From Candidatus Latescibacterota bacterium (GTDB lineage: Bacteria > Latescibacterota > UBA2968 > UBA8231), in the NCBI GenBank assembly GCA_963422735.1, contig OY730476.1, positions 3,584,001-3,648,000 on the forward strand: DNA of 64,000 nucleotides, given 5' to 3'. Below are positions 27,090 to 37,509 of the stretch, one piece after another; position 1 is the stretch's first letter, and the number at the start of each line of letters is the position of its first letter. Position numbers and translations under genes: made by a program. The notes under the pieces are model-generated. The model made no database searches. It saw nothing but the letters and a program-made list of their open reading frames with translations, and was not told the DNA's origin.

Positions 27090-29220
27090 GTGGTCGAGCC
27101 ATCTCCAGTTCGCGGGACCCCGCGTATTTCTCGTCCTGCTGCCCTTCCTAATCGCCTTCGTTTATTGGGTATATCAACGGACGTATCCGCAGGTTGATGC
27201 CAAGCGTCGCATAGTGCTCGTGGTTTTGCGCGGAGCGGCCGTGGCCTTGCTGGTTATGGTGTTGTGCGAGCCGGTTTTGACGTGGTGGAACCAGCAGGTC
27301 ATCCGGCCGCTAGTGCTGGTGTTGGTTGATACGAGCCCGAGCATGAGGGTGGCCGAAGGGCCTTCCACGCGCCTGCAACAGGCCACAGCCGTGTTGGGCG
27401 ACGAGGGTTGGTCGGTGCGCTTGCAGCAGGCCGAAGTCCGCGCTTGGGGATTTGCCGAGTCCGCGCATCCACTTGCTCTCGATACGGTCGCGGCTGCAAG
27501 CACTCGCGGTCAGGCAACCGATATAGGCCGCGCTCTCGCCGTCAGCTTGGAGGCGGTCACCGAGCGGGAGCGCGTACAAGGCGTGGTGCTATTTTCCGAT
27601 GGGGGCCACAACTTGGGCCGCGACCCGGTGCAACTGAGCGCGGAACTGGGTGTGCCCGTGTACGCGCTCGGCGTAGGGGGTGCGGAGGTACCCGTCGATG
27701 TCCAACTCGTGGATGTGCGCACGCCTGAGACCGGATACGTCGGCCAGAGCCTGCAAATCGACGCCGAGGTGCGGAACTGGGGGTACGAAGGGCAGCGAGT
27801 GGAAGTCCAGCTCTACGAGGGCGAGCGGTTGCTCCAGAGACAATCTCTGATGTTGGACAGCGATGGACAGGTTCAGCGGGTCTTGTTTGCGGTAACGCCC
27901 CAGCAGGCCGGGCCGCGCATGTTCCGCGTGGTCGTCGAGCCTGTGGCCGGGGAGTTCGCGATAGCTGACAATGAGGCCCTCGCATTTACTCACATTCTCG
28001 CAGGGCGCACACGGGTGCTGTTGCTGGCCGGAGGCCCTAGCGAGGATCTGGCCTTTTTGCGCCGCAGTTTAAGCGCGGATTCGAGTTGGGTAGTCGAGAC
28101 TCTGATTCAGCGGGAGCCGGACGCGTTCTATGGGGGCACGTGGAGTCCGGCTGTTTTGCAGGACCGGGATGTGGTGGTGCTCGTGAATCCGGGCGCGTGG
28201 CTGCTCAACGGCCCGCCCGCCGTCGCGTTGGTTCAGCATGTATACGCCGGTGCCGGTTTGCTCGTTGTCGGTGGCCCCAAGATGGCGCGGGCTTGGCGGG
28301 CCGACTCGCCGCTGGCCGCACTCATGCCGCTTCAGGTAGCCGGCCCAATGCCCTTTGTGCCGGGCGAGGTCTTGTTGCGGATCAATGCCGCCGGCCGTCG
28401 CCATCCGGTCGTGCGTCAGCCCGCCGGCGTGGACGATCCGTGGCTTGGGCTGCCGCCGCTGCCGGGTTACTTTCGCACGGCGCAGCAGCGGCCAGGTACC
28501 AACGTATTAGTTGAGAGCGTAGGCGGCGAGCCGGTTATAGCTGTGGGTGCATATGGCGAGGGCAAGGTCATCGCGGCTCTATCCGCGTCTTTTTGGCGGC
28601 TCGACCTAATGAGCAGCGGCGTCGATGGTCGGCCACAGACCATTCGGACATTCTGGCGCGACGCCGCCAAGTGGCTCGCGCTCGACGCCCCGGGCGGGCG
28701 GATCCGCGCCTCAACTGAGCGACCCGTGTACCGGGCGGGCGAAGGAGTAGGTTTCGCGGTGCAGGTCTTCGACGAGCTGCTGAAACCGCAGTTAGGGGCG
28801 ACGGTGCAGATCGCGCTGGCCGGGCAGGAAGCGTTCGACCTGCAATCACAAAGAGCCGGTCACTACCGAGGCGTCGCTAGTGGGCTGGCCCCTGGCACGT
28901 ATGAATACGAGGTCCGGGCCGCAGTTGACCAAGTCGCGGTGGATGCGGCTACGGGCCGATTTGTCGTCGAAGAGTACAGCATTGAGCTTGGGGATTTGCG
29001 CGCCGATCCGTTGCTATTGGGTGCGCTAGCGCGCGCTAGTGGCGGTCGCGCCTATCCGCTCGCGGATTGGGAGGACATGCTGGAACAGCTCGCGCCGCGC
29101 AGGCGCTGGGTCGAGAAAGCCGAAGTTCTCCCGCTGTGGGGGCCGTTGTGGCCCGCGCTTTTAGCCATAGCTCTGTTGGCTGTCGAATGGCTTGGGCGCA
29201 AGCGTAGCGGCATGATCTGA
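27082..29220 (+). CDS. Membrane protein with vWA-like and glutamine-amidotransferase-like domains
   Basis: N-terminal TMs, DTSPSM MIDAS-like motif, FSDGGHNLG, C-terminal LLAVEWLGRKRSG. Confidence 0.75.
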   Translation: MSEWSSHLQFAGPRVFLVLLPFLIAFVYWVYQRTYPQVDAKRRIVLVVLRGAAVALLVMVLCEPVLTWWNQQVIRPLVLVLVDTSPSMRVAEGPSTRLQQATAVLGDEGWSVRLQQAEVRAWGFAESAHPLALDTVAAASTRGQATDIGRALAVSLEAVTERERVQGVVLFSDGGHNLGRDPVQLSAELGVPVYALGVGGAEVPVDVQLVDVRTPETGYVGQSLQIDAEVRNWGYEGQRVEVQLYEGERLLQRQSLMLDSDGQVQRVLFAVTPQQAGPRMFRVVVEPVAGEFAIADNEALAFTHILAGRTRVLLLAGGPSEDLAFLRRSLSADSSWVVETLIQREPDAFYGGTWSPAVLQDRDVVVLVNPGAWLLNGPPAVALVQHVYAGAGLLVVGGPKMARAWRADSPLAALMPLQVAGPMPFVPGEVLLRINAAGRRHPVVRQPAGVDDPWLGLPPLPGYFRTAQQRPGTNVLVESVGGEPVIAVGAYGEGKVIAALSASFWRLDLMSSGVDGRPQTIRTFWRDAAKWLALDAPGGRIRASTERPVYRAGEGVGFAVQVFDELLKPQLGATVQIALAGQEAFDLQSQRAGHYRGVASGLAPGTYEYEVRAAVDQVAVDAATGRFVVEEYSIELGDLRADPLLLGALARASGGRAYPLADWEDMLEQLAPRRRWVEKAEVLPLWGPLWPALLAIALLAVEWLGRKRSGMI

Positions 29221-29323
29221 CGCGCCGCAAGATGCAAAAAGCCGCGTCTTTGTTTATTTTTTGGTAACTCTCTCTCCTATCTGATCGCTTCCCAGCCTAC
29301 GTACTAGCGGAGTCTGCGGCTCT

Positions 29324-31624
29324 ATGTCCGAGTTTTTGCACTATATGCCAAAAGGCAAGAAGATGCCCCAAGTGCTAGGAGTGCTCTTCCTCGGCCTCGG
29401 TGCGTTTTTGCTCGTCTGCTTGATGTCCCATTCGCCGCTCGATCCCCCCAATTCGAGCCGGTTGATGGCTGAGAGTTTGAATTGGGGTGGGTGGATCGGC
29501 TCGTACGTGTCGTATGGGGCCTTTGCGGGCATGGGATGGGCCGCGTACGTCTGGCCCATGCTCTTGTTGCTCTGGGGTTGGAATAGGGTGCGTTGCCAGC
29601 CGTTGGCCTTTGCTGTGTACCGCAGTATGGCGCTTTTGCTCATGGCCATCCTCATCAGCGTCGCTACGGGTCTGCCCGACTATTCGCCGCGCACGGCCTA
29701 CGAGCTGGGCGGTGTGCTGGGGGTCCAGCTCAGTTTGGATCTCCTCATACCGTACCTAGGGAGGATGGGGTCGGCGGTGCTGTTGGGCGCGCTCTTTGTG
29801 GTTGCGGTGATTTTGACACCTGACCTGACCTGGCGGCGGTTGGCGCGGCTGGGATCTGTTGTGGCGGCGGTTTGGCGTTGGCTCGGGCGTTTGCGGCCGC
29901 CCCGTCTTGCCGCGAAGAGCAAAGCCGCCAAGCGGGAGGGGAATGTGGAAGCAACATGGCCTGAGATCGGCGCGGAGCCTCTGGTTGAGGATGCGGCTGG
30001 AGCACCTTGGAAGCCAATAATTGAAGATGCGGCCGTAGTGGAGCCTCGGGTGCAGGGGCCAGCGCGCGTTGAGCGGCGAGAGCGCAAAAAGAAGAAGGAA
30101 CCGGTGGTTGAAGACTCGCCTGCGCCAGCGCCGGTGCGCAAAAAAGAACAGGCAGAGCCAGCCCGCAAGCCTGCAGGGGGTCGCTACGAGATCCCGAGTG
30201 CCGCGTTGCTAGACGAAGTGCCGGCCATCCACAGCGGCGTCTCTAGGGAGACCTTGCTGGAAAACGCCAAGCTGCTGGAGAGTGCTTTGGACGATTTCGA
30301 CGTGGCCAGCAAAGTCGTGGAGGTGAGTCCCGGGCCGGTGGTGACGCGATACGAGGTGGAGCCAGCCCCGGGGGTCAAGGTCAATCGCATCGCCGCGCTC
30401 TCGGACGATCTCGCGCGCGTGATGAGCGCGCAGGGCATTCGCATTCAAGCGCCGGTGCCGGGGAAATCTGTGGTGGGGGTGGAGATTGCCAATCAGGAGC
30501 GAGAGACCGTGTACTTGCGCGAGATTCTTGAAGACGAGGTGTTCAGCCGGTCGGATTCCAAGCTAGTCATGGGGCTAGGTAAGACTATTTCGGGCGAACC
30601 ATGTGCAGCGGATTTGGCCAAAATGCCCCATCTATTGGTCGCCGGTGCCACCGGAGCCGGCAAGAGCGTGTGCCTGAACAGCCTGATTTGCAGCATCCTC
30701 TTCAAGGCTACGCCGGAAGAAGTGCGCTTTATCATGGTCGATCCCAAGGTTGTTGAATTGATGATGTACAACGATATACCGCACTTGCTGGTGCCGGTTA
30801 TCACCGAGCCGAAGAAGGCCGCGGAGGCGTTGAAGTGGACGGTGGCTGAAATGGAAGATCGCTATCAGAAGCTAGCCAAGCTAGGGGTGCGCAATCTGTC
30901 CGACTACAACGCCAAGCTGGTGCGCGTCCAAGCCGAGGCCGAGGAAGACGGCGTCGAGCCTGAGAAGTCGCTGGCGTACATCGTGATAGTAATTGACGAA
31001 TTCGCCGATTTGATGCTGACGGCCCCCGCCGATGTAGAGACCTCGTTGATGGGTTTAGCTCAGAAGTCGCGCGCAGTGGGCATTCACATCATCTTGGCGA
31101 CCCAGCGGCCTTCGGTGAACGTGATTACTGGGGTAATCAAGGCCAATTTCCCTTCGCGCATTGCCTTCCAAGTCGCGTCTAAGACGGACTCGCGCACGAT
31201 CCTCGATCTCAACGGGGCCGAGCGGCTCTTGGGGATGGGCGACATGCTCTTTCTGCCGAGCGGCCAAGGCGAGCCAATCCGCGTCCACGGGGCCTTTATT
31301 TCTGGAGAGGAAACCGAGCGCTTGGTCGAGGCATTGAAGGAGGGTCAGTACGAGGCCGAGGAAGTTGCAATGTTTTCCGAGCAGGTGGATATTAACGCAG
31401 GTCCCAATATGCGCGACGATCTCTTTGACGAGGCCGTGCGCTTAATCTCAGAACACCAGCAGGCTTCCGCGTCTTTTTTGCAGCGACGCTTGAAAGTGGG
31501 TTATTCCCGCGCCGCGCGTCTGATGGACGAGTTGGAAGCTGCCGGTATCGTCGGGCCGATCGAGGGGGCTAAGTCGCGCCGGATTCTCGTCGAAAGCGCG
31601 GAAGAGGAGTACGCGGAAGAATGA
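29324..31624 (+). CDS. ftsK: DNA translocase FtsK
   Basis: 4TM region, GPVVTRYE, MPHLLVAGATGAGKS, IDEFADLM, ATQRPS, gamma domain LQRRLKVGYSRAARLMD. Confidence 0.96.
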   Translation: MSEFLHYMPKGKKMPQVLGVLFLGLGAFLLVCLMSHSPLDPPNSSRLMAESLNWGGWIGSYVSYGAFAGMGWAAYVWPMLLLLWGWNRVRCQPLAFAVYRSMALLLMAILISVATGLPDYSPRTAYELGGVLGVQLSLDLLIPYLGRMGSAVLLGALFVVAVILTPDLTWRRLARLGSVVAAVWRWLGRLRPPRLAAKSKAAKREGNVEATWPEIGAEPLVEDAAGAPWKPIIEDAAVVEPRVQGPARVERRERKKKKEPVVEDSPAPAPVRKKEQAEPARKPAGGRYEIPSAALLDEVPAIHSGVSRETLLENAKLLESALDDFDVASKVVEVSPGPVVTRYEVEPAPGVKVNRIAALSDDLARVMSAQGIRIQAPVPGKSVVGVEIANQERETVYLREILEDEVFSRSDSKLVMGLGKTISGEPCAADLAKMPHLLVAGATGAGKSVCLNSLICSILFKATPEEVRFIMVDPKVVELMMYNDIPHLLVPVITEPKKAAEALKWTVAEMEDRYQKLAKLGVRNLSDYNAKLVRVQAEAEEDGVEPEKSLAYIVIVIDEFADLMLTAPADVETSLMGLAQKSRAVGIHIILATQRPSVNVITGVIKANFPSRIAFQVASKTDSRTILDLNGAERLLGMGDMLFLPSGQGEPIRVHGAFISGEETERLVEALKEGQYEAEEVAMFSEQVDINAGPNMRDDLFDEAVRLISEHQQASASFLQRRLKVGYSRAARLMDELEAAGIVGPIEGAKSRRILVESAEEEYAEE

Positions 31625-32265
31625 GACTGTGGTTATGGGCCGTTTTTTGTTTGGGCTTGACGGCGAGCGCGACCCTCGGGCAGAGCGGCGAAGAAATCAT
31701 CGCTAGGGTGCAGAAGCGTCTTTCTAGCTACAAGACGTTTTCAGCCCGCTTTGAAAAGCAATTCTACTGGGCGGTGCTGGACAAGTACCGCAGTCGCGAG
31801 GGCCGGATCTATTTGCGCCGCCCGAACCGCTTTCGCATTGAGCTGGAAGGCGGCGATGTGGTGGTGGCCGATGGCGAGGCCGTCTGGTCGTACGTCGTGC
31901 ATAACGGCCAAGTGGTGATCAGCCCATACAAAGCGGAAATAAAGACCCCTTGGGAAGTGTTTTTCGACTATACCGAGCGCTACGTGCCCATTGCGGTGGA
32001 GGAAAGCGCGTTGGGAGGGCGGCCCTGCTATTTGCTGGTCATGGCACCAGAAAACGAAGCCTCTGTGGTCGAACAGATGCGGGTCTGGGTGGATCCTAGG
32101 GGGTGGTTTCTGCTGCAAGTGGAGCGGCGCGAGGCCAATGGGAATCGCACCGCGTACGTGCTCAGGGATCACCGCACCAACAAGAGGATAGCCGACGAGG
32201 TCTTTGCTTTTGAGGTGCCCGAAGGGGTGGAGGTGCTAGATACGAGGGAACCCCCCGTTGAATAA
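31621..32265 (+). CDS. lolA: Outer-membrane lipoprotein carrier LolA
   Basis: Follows ftsK; SARFEKQ, RPNRFR, VADGEAVWSY, FAFEVPEGVEV. Confidence 0.8.
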   Translation: MRLWLWAVFCLGLTASATLGQSGEEIIARVQKRLSSYKTFSARFEKQFYWAVLDKYRSREGRIYLRRPNRFRIELEGGDVVVADGEAVWSYVVHNGQVVISPYKAEIKTPWEVFFDYTERYVPIAVEESALGGRPCYLLVMAPENEASVVEQMRVWVDPRGWFLLQVERREANGNRTAYVLRDHRTNKRIADEVFAFEVPEGVEVLDTREPPVE

Positions 32266-33925
32266 GGGGGCGCGGTGGTGGGGCACGGCCCTGCTGATAC
32301 ACGCGGGGGTCTTGGTGGTCGCGGCAGATCAGAATATCTGGATTCTGTTGCGCGACAAAACAGATGCCGACGGACAGCGCATCGCTTGGGTGGATTTGGG
32401 GGCCGGTCATGCGGACGCGGAGCTGGACCTACCTGTCAGTCAGCGCTATATCGAGCGCCTGCGGGAGATGGGGGTGGCTGTGCGCTTCTCCTCGCGTTGG
32501 CTCAACGCGGTCAGTGCTCGAGTCTCGCCCGAGGTGCAGCGCCGAGTGCAGGCCGCTGACTTTGTCGTCGCAACCCGGCCCGTGCAGCGCTTGCAGCGGC
32601 CCAGCCCACCGTCGCCGGTGCCACTTGTCAGCCCCAAGTTGCTGCAAAGCCATTATGGCCTCGCCTTTGAGCAGTTAGCCCAAATCTCCGTTCCCCCCCT
32701 ACACGACCAGGGTCTTACGGGTGTTGGGGTGCGCGTGGCCCTGCTCGACAACGGCTTTCACTACGCCGAGCACGCGGCCTTTGGCGCAATCCGCGTGGTG
32801 GCCCAGCGCGATTTTGTCAATGACGACGAGGTCGTCGGCGACGAGGCCGATCAACCCATCACAGGCGACGAAATGAGCGGCAGCCAAAACTTGCACGGTG
32901 CGCAAGTGCTTTCCCTAATGGCAGGCTACCACCCCGATCACTTTATCGGCGTGGCACCCGACGCCGAGTACATTTTGGCCAAGACCGAACTAGACGACAC
33001 CTTGCCCGAATTGCCCTCGGAGGAGGATCGTTGGGTCGCCGGTTTGGAATGGGCAGACAGCTTGGGAGCACAGGTGGTCAACAGCTCATTGGGCTACAAT
33101 CGGTGGGACGACGGCACCGGATATTCGCCGGCAGATCTGGACGGGGAAACCGCGCTGACGAGCGTGGCGGCGGCGCTGGCGGTGCGGCGCGGCATCGTCG
33201 TGGTGGTGGCTGCGGGCAATGAGGCCAACGGGGATTGGCACTACATAACGATGCCAGCGGATGCCGATGGCGTGATTGCGGTGGGGGCGGTAGATGTGCC
33301 CGGCAGCAGTGAGGGTGTGCCGCAGATTGCCTCCTTTAGCTCGCGGGGGCCGACGGCCGATGGTCGCATCAAGCCGGATGTGGTCGCGCCCGGCAGCGGC
33401 GTAGTAGTCGCGGATCTACGACGTGGCGGCTATGCGCGCAAAGGCGGCACTTCCTTTGCGGCACCCTTGGTGAGCGGGGTTTGCGCCCTGTTGTTGCAAA
33501 AAAATCCCGAATGGGAGCCGGACCAAGTGCTGGAGGCTTTGCGCTCGACCGCACTGGACCTGGGCGTGGCCGGTCCCGACACGGTGTATGGCTGGGGGCA
33601 GATAAACGCGCTGGTGGCCAGTGGCCTCGACGAGGTGCCGCCGCAGGCGGACCGCCTGTTGGCACCCTTTCCCAATCCGGCGCGGGACGGGGTAGTGCAT
33701 TTTCCGGTGCAACTAGCCGAGCGTGGCCTCGTCGAGTTGAGCGTTTTTGACGTAGCTGGCCGGTTGGTGTTCACCGAGCGTTGGGACCTGTGGCCGGGGA
33801 GCCACGACCGGCCGGACCGCGCCCCGCGCTGGACGCCGGGCCGGGCCGTGGCCGACGGGATATACTTCTATCAACTGCGGTCGCCTAGCCGCAGCCACTT
33901 GGGCAAAATTGCTCTTGTGCGCTAG
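32258..33925 (+). CDS. Secreted S8 subtilisin-like protease with T9SS-like CTD
   Basis: Triad LLDNG / HGAQV / GTSFAAP, IKPDVVAPG; C-terminal PFPNPA...FDVAGRLV...GIYFY. Confidence 0.88.
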   Translation: MNKGARWWGTALLIHAGVLVVAADQNIWILLRDKTDADGQRIAWVDLGAGHADAELDLPVSQRYIERLREMGVAVRFSSRWLNAVSARVSPEVQRRVQAADFVVATRPVQRLQRPSPPSPVPLVSPKLLQSHYGLAFEQLAQISVPPLHDQGLTGVGVRVALLDNGFHYAEHAAFGAIRVVAQRDFVNDDEVVGDEADQPITGDEMSGSQNLHGAQVLSLMAGYHPDHFIGVAPDAEYILAKTELDDTLPELPSEEDRWVAGLEWADSLGAQVVNSSLGYNRWDDGTGYSPADLDGETALTSVAAALAVRRGIVVVVAAGNEANGDWHYITMPADADGVIAVGAVDVPGSSEGVPQIASFSSRGPTADGRIKPDVVAPGSGVVVADLRRGGYARKGGTSFAAPLVSGVCALLLQKNPEWEPDQVLEALRSTALDLGVAGPDTVYGWGQINALVASGLDEVPPQADRLLAPFPNPARDGVVHFPVQLAERGLVELSVFDVAGRLVFTERWDLWPGSHDRPDRAPRWTPGRAVADGIYFYQLRSPSRSHLGKIALVR

Positions 33926-33943
33926 GTGCTCTGAGAGAACGCT

Positions 33944-34471
33944 ATGATGATCCCAGCAAACGAGCGCAAGAAGCAGTTCAACAAACGCCTGCGGCGGCTC
34001 AACCGCGTCGTCTTGGGCGGCGTGACCCTCTTCGTGCCGATCTACATTGGGGTGAGTCTGACGGGTGAATCGGCGGACAAGCTGGAGAATCTGACCAACC
34101 TGTTCGCCAACATCAACAACCAAGTTACCCTGACTGTGCCCCCGGATGGGGTGCGCTACATGCACTTTTTTCGCGGCCTGCCCGACGAGGGCCACAAGTT
34201 CGTGCTCATCGATGTGCGTTTGCAAGTGAATTTGCAGCTCGCTTGGACGATTGTGCCACGGTGTTTTCAACTCGTTGACGACCGCGGGCGGCGGTATTAC
34301 CCGCTGTCGCGATCTCCGTTTTTTATTGCGCACAGCGACGAGCTCAAGGGGACGAAGGGCGCGGCTTACAAGGGGCAGCTACTCTTTGAAATAGCCTCTG
34401 ACCGCAAGCACGAAAGCCTCCTTTTTGATCGCTACAACGAAACCGAGGAAGACGACAATGGCTACGATTGA
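33944..34471 (+). CDS. Membrane-anchored hypothetical protein (DUF4352-like beta-sandwich)
   Basis: Single TM, P.EG.KFV.IDV, FQLVDDRGRRY, G.L.FEI. Confidence 0.55.
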   Translation: MMIPANERKKQFNKRLRRLNRVVLGGVTLFVPIYIGVSLTGESADKLENLTNLFANINNQVTLTVPPDGVRYMHFFRGLPDEGHKFVLIDVRLQVNLQLAWTIVPRCFQLVDDRGRRYYPLSRSPFFIAHSDELKGTKGAAYKGQLLFEIASDRKHESLLFDRYNETEEDDNGYD

Positions 34472-35553
34472 GGAACAGTTGGCAAGCGGGCGGCAGCAGC
34501 TAGAGCGGCTGAGAGGGTATCTTTGACATAAGCGGCAAGAAGGAAGAGCTGGCCGCACTGGAGAAGCGCATGGCGGCCGCGGATTTTTGGAACGACCGGC
34601 GGCAGGCCGGATCCGTCGGCAAGATGGCGCGCATCCTCAAGGACACCATCGCGGATTGGGAGACCTTGGACGTGCAGTTGGAGGACTTGGACCAACTGCG
34701 GCAGATGGCGGCCGAAGAGGGCGATGCAGAGGCGTTGACCGAGGTCGAAGCCGAGGTCGAGCACGCGATGCGGGGCATTGGCGAATTGGAATTTCGCACG
34801 ATGCTCAACGACGAGGACGACCCCAAGAACGCGATTCTTGTCATTCACTCGGGGGCAGGGGGCACGGACGCAGCCGAATGGGCGTCGATGCTGATGCGCC
34901 TGTACATGCGCTGGACCGAGCGCCGCGGCATGGAATGCACGGTCGTGGATCTGCAGCAGTCCGAGGAAGCTGGCATCAAGGGCGCAACCATTGAGGTTAG
35001 GGGGGATTATGCGTACGGCTACCTCAAGGCCGAGGCCGGCGTCCACCGCTTGGTGCGGCTCTCGCCTTTTGATACGAGTCGCCGTCGGCATACTTCGTTT
35101 GCTTCGGTCTTTGTCTATCCAGAAGTCGAAGACGATATCGAAGTTGACCTCAACGACGAGGACGTGAAGGTCGAAACCTACCGCTCTGGAGGCGCGGGCG
35201 GCCAACACGTGAACAAGACCGCCTCGGCCGTGCGGGTCACGCATCTGTCCACCGGCATTGTCGTCCAGTGCCAAAACGAGCGCTCGCAGTTCAAGAACAA
35301 GGCTACTGCGTTTAAGGTGCTGAAGGCGCGTCTGTACCAGTACCTCAAGGACGAACAGAAGCAGAAGCAGCTTGCGGTGGAGAGCACCAAAAAGAGCATT
35401 GACTTCGGGTCGCAGATCCGCTCCTATGTGTTCCATCCATACACCATAGTCAAAGACCACCGCACCGCTTGCGAGACGGCCAATGTCCAAGCGGTAATGG
35501 ACGGAGACATTGACCGATTCATCCGGGCCTATTTGACCGAGGGCCAAACGTGA
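34458..35553 (+). CDS. prfB: Peptide chain release factor 2, expressed by programmed +1 frameshift
   Basis: ATG 34458, 22 codons to AGAGGG-TAT-CTT-TGA-C (34521-34527); +1 frame continues into the SPF and GGQ motifs. Confidence 0.96.
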
Positions 35554-36815
35554 GCATCGCCTTGTTTGTCGCCGGTCGCTACCTGCGCTCCAAACAGCGC
35601 GAGGGCTTCTTCTCAGTTATCGCCTATATGGCCGTTGGTGGGGTAATCTTGGGGGTAGCGGCTTTGGTGATTATCCTCTCGGTGACGAATGGTTTTGCCG
35701 GCGAAGTCAAGAACCGGCTGATCGGCATGAACGCCCATGTCAACATTCGTCGCTTCGACGGCGGCCCCATCGCGGGCTGGGACGCGCTGTTGCAGCAGGT
35801 GAAAGGCGCTGCCGGGGTCGTGGGTGCTGCCGGGGTCGTGGATTCCAAGGTCATTATTGCCTCGCAGCTCGACTTGGGTCGGGTTGATGGCATTCCCGTG
35901 TGGGGCATTGATCCGGCGACCTTTCCGGCGGTCTCCGACCTGACCGAACACCTGCGCTACGCCGATCCAGAAGGGCAGATGCGTCTCGGCTTGCTCGAAG
36001 AGCTAAATAAGAAGGGGATTGTCCTTGGCGAGTACTTGGCGCGGCGCCTGCACGTGGGGCCGGGTTCTGAGGTGTTGCTGATGACGGTGCAGAACCTCGA
36101 TGTGGAAGCAGCCGTGATGGACGGCTTCTCTCCCCGCCCCTGGTCCTTTTTCGTGACCGATCACTTTGAAAGCGGCATGTACCAGTACGACGACAACTAT
36201 GCTTTTATTCATATAGGAGACGCCCAGCACATGCTCGAATTGGGCGATGCGATTACCGATATCCACATCCGCGTCGAAGACATCTACCAAGCGCCTGAGA
36301 TCCGCGACCGCCTAGCCGAGGAGTTGGGCTATCCCTACCAGGTGCGCGATTGGACCCAGCTTTTTCCCGAGTTTTTCCGCTGGATTGAGTTAGAAAAATG
36401 GGCGATCTTCCTCGCGCTGAGCCTCATCGTTCTGGTCGCTGCCTTTAACATCATGTCGATCTTGGTCATGTCGGTGCTGATCAAGACGCCCGAGATTGGC
36501 ATCTTGCGGACGATCGGTTGCACCGTGGGTGAGATTTATCGCATTTTCATCTATCAGGGCTTGGTCATTGGCGGCATCGGCACCTTCTTGGGTTGCTTGA
36601 TCGGCTTTGCGCTCTGCTGGGCCCAACAGCACTTTGCCCTGATTTCCATTCCCGGGGACATGTATTTCATCAGTTCGTTGCCCGTGAATATGGATGTCGT
36701 GGACTTCGCACTAGTGGCGGCGATCAGCGTGGTTATTTGCTTGGCGACGTCGATTTATCCGGCGCGCAAGGCCGCTGGGTTAATGCCCGTAGAAGCCATT
36801 AGGTATATAATGTAG
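35550..36815 (+). CDS. Lipoprotein-releasing ABC permease LolC/E
   Basis: RYLRSK, LGVAALVIILSVTNGF, SGMYQYD, VAAFNIMS, EIGILRTIG, YPARKAA. Confidence 0.9.
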   Translation: MSIALFVAGRYLRSKQREGFFSVIAYMAVGGVILGVAALVIILSVTNGFAGEVKNRLIGMNAHVNIRRFDGGPIAGWDALLQQVKGAAGVVGAAGVVDSKVIIASQLDLGRVDGIPVWGIDPATFPAVSDLTEHLRYADPEGQMRLGLLEELNKKGIVLGEYLARRLHVGPGSEVLLMTVQNLDVEAAVMDGFSPRPWSFFVTDHFESGMYQYDDNYAFIHIGDAQHMLELGDAITDIHIRVEDIYQAPEIRDRLAEELGYPYQVRDWTQLFPEFFRWIELEKWAIFLALSLIVLVAAFNIMSILVMSVLIKTPEIGILRTIGCTVGEIYRIFIYQGLVIGGIGTFLGCLIGFALCWAQQHFALISIPGDMYFISSLPVNMDVVDFALVAAISVVICLATSIYPARKAAGLMPVEAIRYIM

Positions 36816-36816
36816 C

Positions 36817-37509
36817 ATGGTGAAACAAGCCGACATCATTCTCGAAGCGCGCGGTTTGTGCAAGGTATTCAACACCGGCGGCGAAGGCTTGGAGGTGCTC
36901 AAAGGTGTGGACTTAGCGGTGCGGGCAGGCGAGCTAGTCGCGATCATGGGCGAGTCTGGAGTTGGCAAGAGCACCTTGCTGCACCTGTTGGGTACGCTCG
37001 ACCTGCCGACGGCTGGCCAATTGCGGATTGCTGGCACCGACGTGCTCAATCTCGGCGATCAGGCGTTATCGCGCTTTCGCAATCGGCACATTGGGTTCGT
37101 ATTCCAATTTCACTACCTGCTGCCGGAATTTACCGCGCTGGAAAATGTCTTGTTGCCGGCGCGGGTTGCTGGCGTTGATCGCCGCAAGGAGGCCCTTGAG
37201 CTGATGGATTCCGTCGGGCTAGCCGACCGCTTGCACCACCGGCCTGGGGCGCTGTCGGGCGGCGAGTGCCAGCGGATAGCCATGGTGCGAGCGCTGGTCA
37301 CCCAGCCGTTGGTCGTGCTGGCCGACGAGCCGTCGGGCAATCTCGACGAGGCGACAAGCGAGTCTTTGCACGACCTGCTCGCCGGGTTGGCCCGGGAGCG
37401 CGGGCAGGCTTTTGTGGTGATGACCCACGACCGCAAATTGGCCCAGAGCATGGATCGCCAGGGGCGGATAGAAGCGGGTGTGCTGCATATGGAAGACGGT
37501 GCGACATGA
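36817..37509 (+). CDS. lolD: Lipoprotein-releasing ABC ATPase
   Basis: GESGVGKST, FVFQFHYLLPEFTALEN, LSGGECQR, ADEPSGNLD. Confidence 0.9.
   Translation: MVKQADIILEARGLCKVFNTGGEGLEVLKGVDLAVRAGELVAIMGESGVGKSTLLHLLGTLDLPTAGQLRIAGTDVLNLGDQALSRFRNRHIGFVFQFHYLLPEFTALENVLLPARVAGVDRRKEALELMDSVGLADRLHHRPGALSGGECQRIAMVRALVTQPLVVLADEPSGNLDEATSESLHDLLAGLARERGQAFVVMTHDRKLAQSMDRQGRIEAGVLHMEDGAT

Noticed and set aside
34462-35547. 361-aa antisense ORF opposite prfB, and similar long antisense ORFs (e.g. 18850-19953, 13495-14394)
   Set aside because: Typical stop-poor shadow frames of GC-rich genes with no recognisable domains
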